NCBI GenBank assembly: GCA_000435055.1
Contig: FR879709.1
Location: 129,961-153,960, forward strand
From: Clostridium sp. CAG:138
GTDB taxonomy: Bacteria; Bacillota; Clostridia; Christensenellales; CAG-138
Length of the DNA stretch: 24,000 nucleotides
Direction of reading: 5' to 3'
Shown piece by piece: positions 21,990 through 24,000 of the stretch. The position numbers were made by a program, and so were the translations under genes. The first letter of the stretch is position 1. Every line of letters starts with the position of its first letter. The notes under the pieces are model-generated. The model did not search any database. It was not told the DNA's origin and saw only the letters and a list, made by a program, of their open reading frames with translations.

Positions 21990-23417
21990 TCAAACGATGA
22001 GTTTTTTCTTTGCCTTTTCGGCATTTTTCAATTCGTCGAGTTTGGCTTCGTATCCGGGTTTTCCGAGCAGGGCATAAGTTGCATTCTTTCCCTCCTCGAC
22101 TCCGGGCTGATCGAATGCATCGATGCCCAGCAGCTCCCCTGCGAATGCCGTCTGCATTTCAAACAGCATTATAAGCTGCCCGAGAGTGAATTCGTTGACT
22201 TCGGGCATGATGATGTTTTTGTTCATATGTCCGCTGACGGTTACGGCGTGTTCGGTTGCACGGAATTCGGCGGAAATCAGCTCACCCAAGCTGTGTCCCG
22301 ATAAAAACGCAATCCCCGGAATGTCGTCAAAAACATGCGGAACAGCAACATCACTGCGGTATTTTTCAACAGAGATGAAAGTTATTGTTTTGTCAAAAGG
22401 TCCGTCGGTGTAAAGCTGAACCTGCGAATGCTGATCCGTAACGCCGAGAGATTTTACCGGAGTCTGTCCGAATCGCAAAACCTTTCCGTCCTTCACGAGC
22501 TTTTTGCCCAGCGATTCCGCCCAAAGCTGCGCATACCAATCCGCCATGAATTTCAGCGAATCCGCATAGGGCATCAGCACGCCGATGTTTGCGCCGTGCT
22601 TTTCCGCCGCAATGATTTCAAGCAGGGCAAGCATCAATCCGGGGTTCCTTTTCACATCGGCGTTTGAGCAAAGCTCATCCATGTATCCCGCGCCCGCAAG
22701 CAGCGCGCGAACATCCGCTCCGCCGACGGCAGCCGCAACAAGCCCGACAGGACAGAGTTCGGAAAATCTTCCCCCTACGCCGTCCGGAATAATAAAAGTG
22801 CGCAGGTTGTATTTTTTTGCAATGCCTATCAGGTTGCCCTTTTGTTTGTCGGTTGTTGCAATCAAGTGATCGCGCAGCCCTTCTTCGCCGTAACGGTCAA
22901 TAAGCATTCGCGTTATAATAAGCAGCTGCGCCATGGTTTCGCTTGTGCTGCCCGATTTTGTGATAACGTTGAACACGGTTCGGTCAGTATCAATCACATC
23001 GAGCAATGCAGCCATGCGCTCGGGATCAACATTGTCTTCCACAAAAAGGCGCGGAGATTTTCGTTTTTCGGAAGGAAGATCGTTATGATAGAGATGATTC
23101 AGCGCACGATGCACCGCAATCGGACCCAGTGCGCTTCCGCCGATGCCCAGAATCACGAAATTATCCGCTTTTGACCTGACGAATTCCGCTGCCTCTTCAA
23201 CGGCGGGAAGGATTTCAAGCTGAGTTTCTGGCAGAAGCCGCCAGCGCATTTCACCGCGCTTTTTTTCAACACCCGCAAATGCACCCTCTGCACGCGGCAT
23301 CATTTCCGATATTTCCTCCGCCGTGATGCCGTGTTTGCCGACAGCCTCGGCGAGCATATTGCCGCAATCGATGCGAACACGCATTTTTTCACAGTATTCT
23401 TTTGAAAACACGCTCAT
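21990..23417 (-). CDS. pgi: glucose-6-phosphate isomerase (short bacterial/archaeal type)
   Basis: 475 aa with NFVILGIGGSALGP, ITKSGSTSETMAQ, VTDQHSQVQLYTDGP and GIDAFDQPGVEEGK motifs. Confidence 0.93.
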   Translation of the reverse strand: MSVFSKEYCEKMRVRIDCGNMLAEAVGKHGITAEEISEMMPRAEGAFAGVEKKRGEMRWRLLPETQLEILPAVEEAAEFVRSKADNFVILGIGGSALGPIAVHRALNHLYHNDLPSEKRKSPRLFVEDNVDPERMAALLDVIDTDRTVFNVITKSGSTSETMAQLLIITRMLIDRYGEEGLRDHLIATTDKQKGNLIGIAKKYNLRTFIIPDGVGGRFSELCPVGLVAAAVGGADVRALLAGAGYMDELCSNADVKRNPGLMLALLEIIAAEKHGANIGVLMPYADSLKFMADWYAQLWAESLGKKLVKDGKVLRFGQTPVKSLGVTDQHSQVQLYTDGPFDKTITFISVEKYRSDVAVPHVFDDIPGIAFLSGHSLGELISAEFRATEHAVTVSGHMNKNIIMPEVNEFTLGQLIMLFEMQTAFAGELLGIDAFDQPGVEEGKNATYALLGKPGYEAKLDELKNAEKAKKKLIV

Positions 23418-23522
23418 TTATTTTTCCGTTCCTTTCTGTCCCGCAGAGGGATTTGTTCGGCCGAATTCCGCCGCCGCAAAGTCGTGTTCAATTCACTGAC
23501 AGCGGTATATTCAGCCAATCAT

Positions 23523-23531
23523 ATTATACCA
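23523..23531 (-). promoter_or_regulatory. possible extended -10 element upstream of pgi
   Basis: The minus strand reads TGGTATAAT with only a weak -35 (GAGCAA), ~105 nt upstream of the pgi ATG. Confidence 0.3.
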
Positions 23532-23637
23532 CATGTTCACGCCGTTTGCTCATGTTTTTTTCGGAACGAAATTGCGGAAATCCGTGCATATCCGAATGCC
23601 GTCTGCCGTCCGCTCCGTTTGAAACATATTATATCCG

Positions 23638-24000
23638 TTAAATCAAATCAAAATATTCTTTGATAACGTTCACAAGCACATCGGCTTCCGCAGGGGAATA
23701 GCGCGGCGAAACGGCAAGCGAAGCAAAATCATATTCGGCCGATGCCGAAAACTCGGTGTAGTCATCAAAAACTTTGAAGTCCACTCTCGGTTCAATGCCG
23801 TTTTTTGCTTCAAAAAGTTTCGAAACAAAGCTTGAAAGCCGAATGAATTCATATTCTCCGCAGCCGCGCTGATTTTCCTGTTCACATCGGAATGCAAATT
23901 GCGGAATGTCCGGACGAGACTTCGGGTTTCGAACATTTTCAAGGCGTGAAATCCACCGAAATGCAAGCGCAAACAAAAGATAATTTGCTTCATCGAGCTG
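23638..24000 (-). CDS. hypothetical protein, 3' portion of a CDS that probably continues beyond the right edge
   Basis: The reading frame stays open from 23976 to base 24000 (QLDEANYLLFALAFRW...). The track start at 23976 is a TTG. I recognise no family from the 120 visible residues. Confidence 0.5.
   Translation of the reverse strand, partial: QLDEANYLLFALAFRWISRLENVRNPKSRPDIPQFAFRCEQENQRGCGEYEFIRLSSFVSKLFEAKNGIEPRVDFKVFDDYTEFSASAEYDFASLAVSPRYSPAEADVLVNVIKEYFDLI

Overview
This is a chromosomal window from a Gram-positive, Firmicutes/Clostridia-like genome. That placement is an inference from gene order, strong AGGAGG-type ribosome-binding sites and CCA-encoding tRNAs. Every gene is on the minus strand except one two-gene unit. 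The core (5.3-11.5 kb) is the classic SRP/ribosome-maturation block ylxM-ffh-rpsP-KH(ylqC)-rimM-trmD-rplS-rbgA-rnhB-yraN, with near-consensus sigma-A promoters upstream of ylxM and rplS. The left end (0.1-5.2 kb) is an envelope-glycosylation cluster: GtrA, a 921-aa GT39/PMT-type enzyme with extra extracytoplasmic modules, and a second GT-C enzyme. From 11.6 to 13.3 kb there are two tandem NUDIX hydrolases and a five-tRNA array (Val-Asp-Phe-Gly-Cys) with a perfect TTGACA-17-TATAAT promoter and a clean terminator. The region from 13.5 to 20.6 kb is the least ordinary. It holds a lipobox-bearing barnase-family RNase with its barstar inhibitor (the only plus-strand unit). It also holds an XRE-HTH protein fused to a poly-acidic tract and a C-terminal array of exact 15-residue repeats carrying a nine-cysteine ladder. 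Next come a glycerate kinase with an unrecognised ~156-aa N-terminal extension and a ClpC-type double-AAA+ protein whose second ATPase ring has lost its key catalytic and pore residues. The right end has a SEDS protein (FtsW/RodA/SpoVE family), pgi and a partial unknown CDS. I saw no CRISPR array, transposase, integrase or recognisable defence system. The ORF track translates alternative start codons (e.g. TTG) as M and reports the longest ORFs, so several starts were trimmed using RBS evidence.
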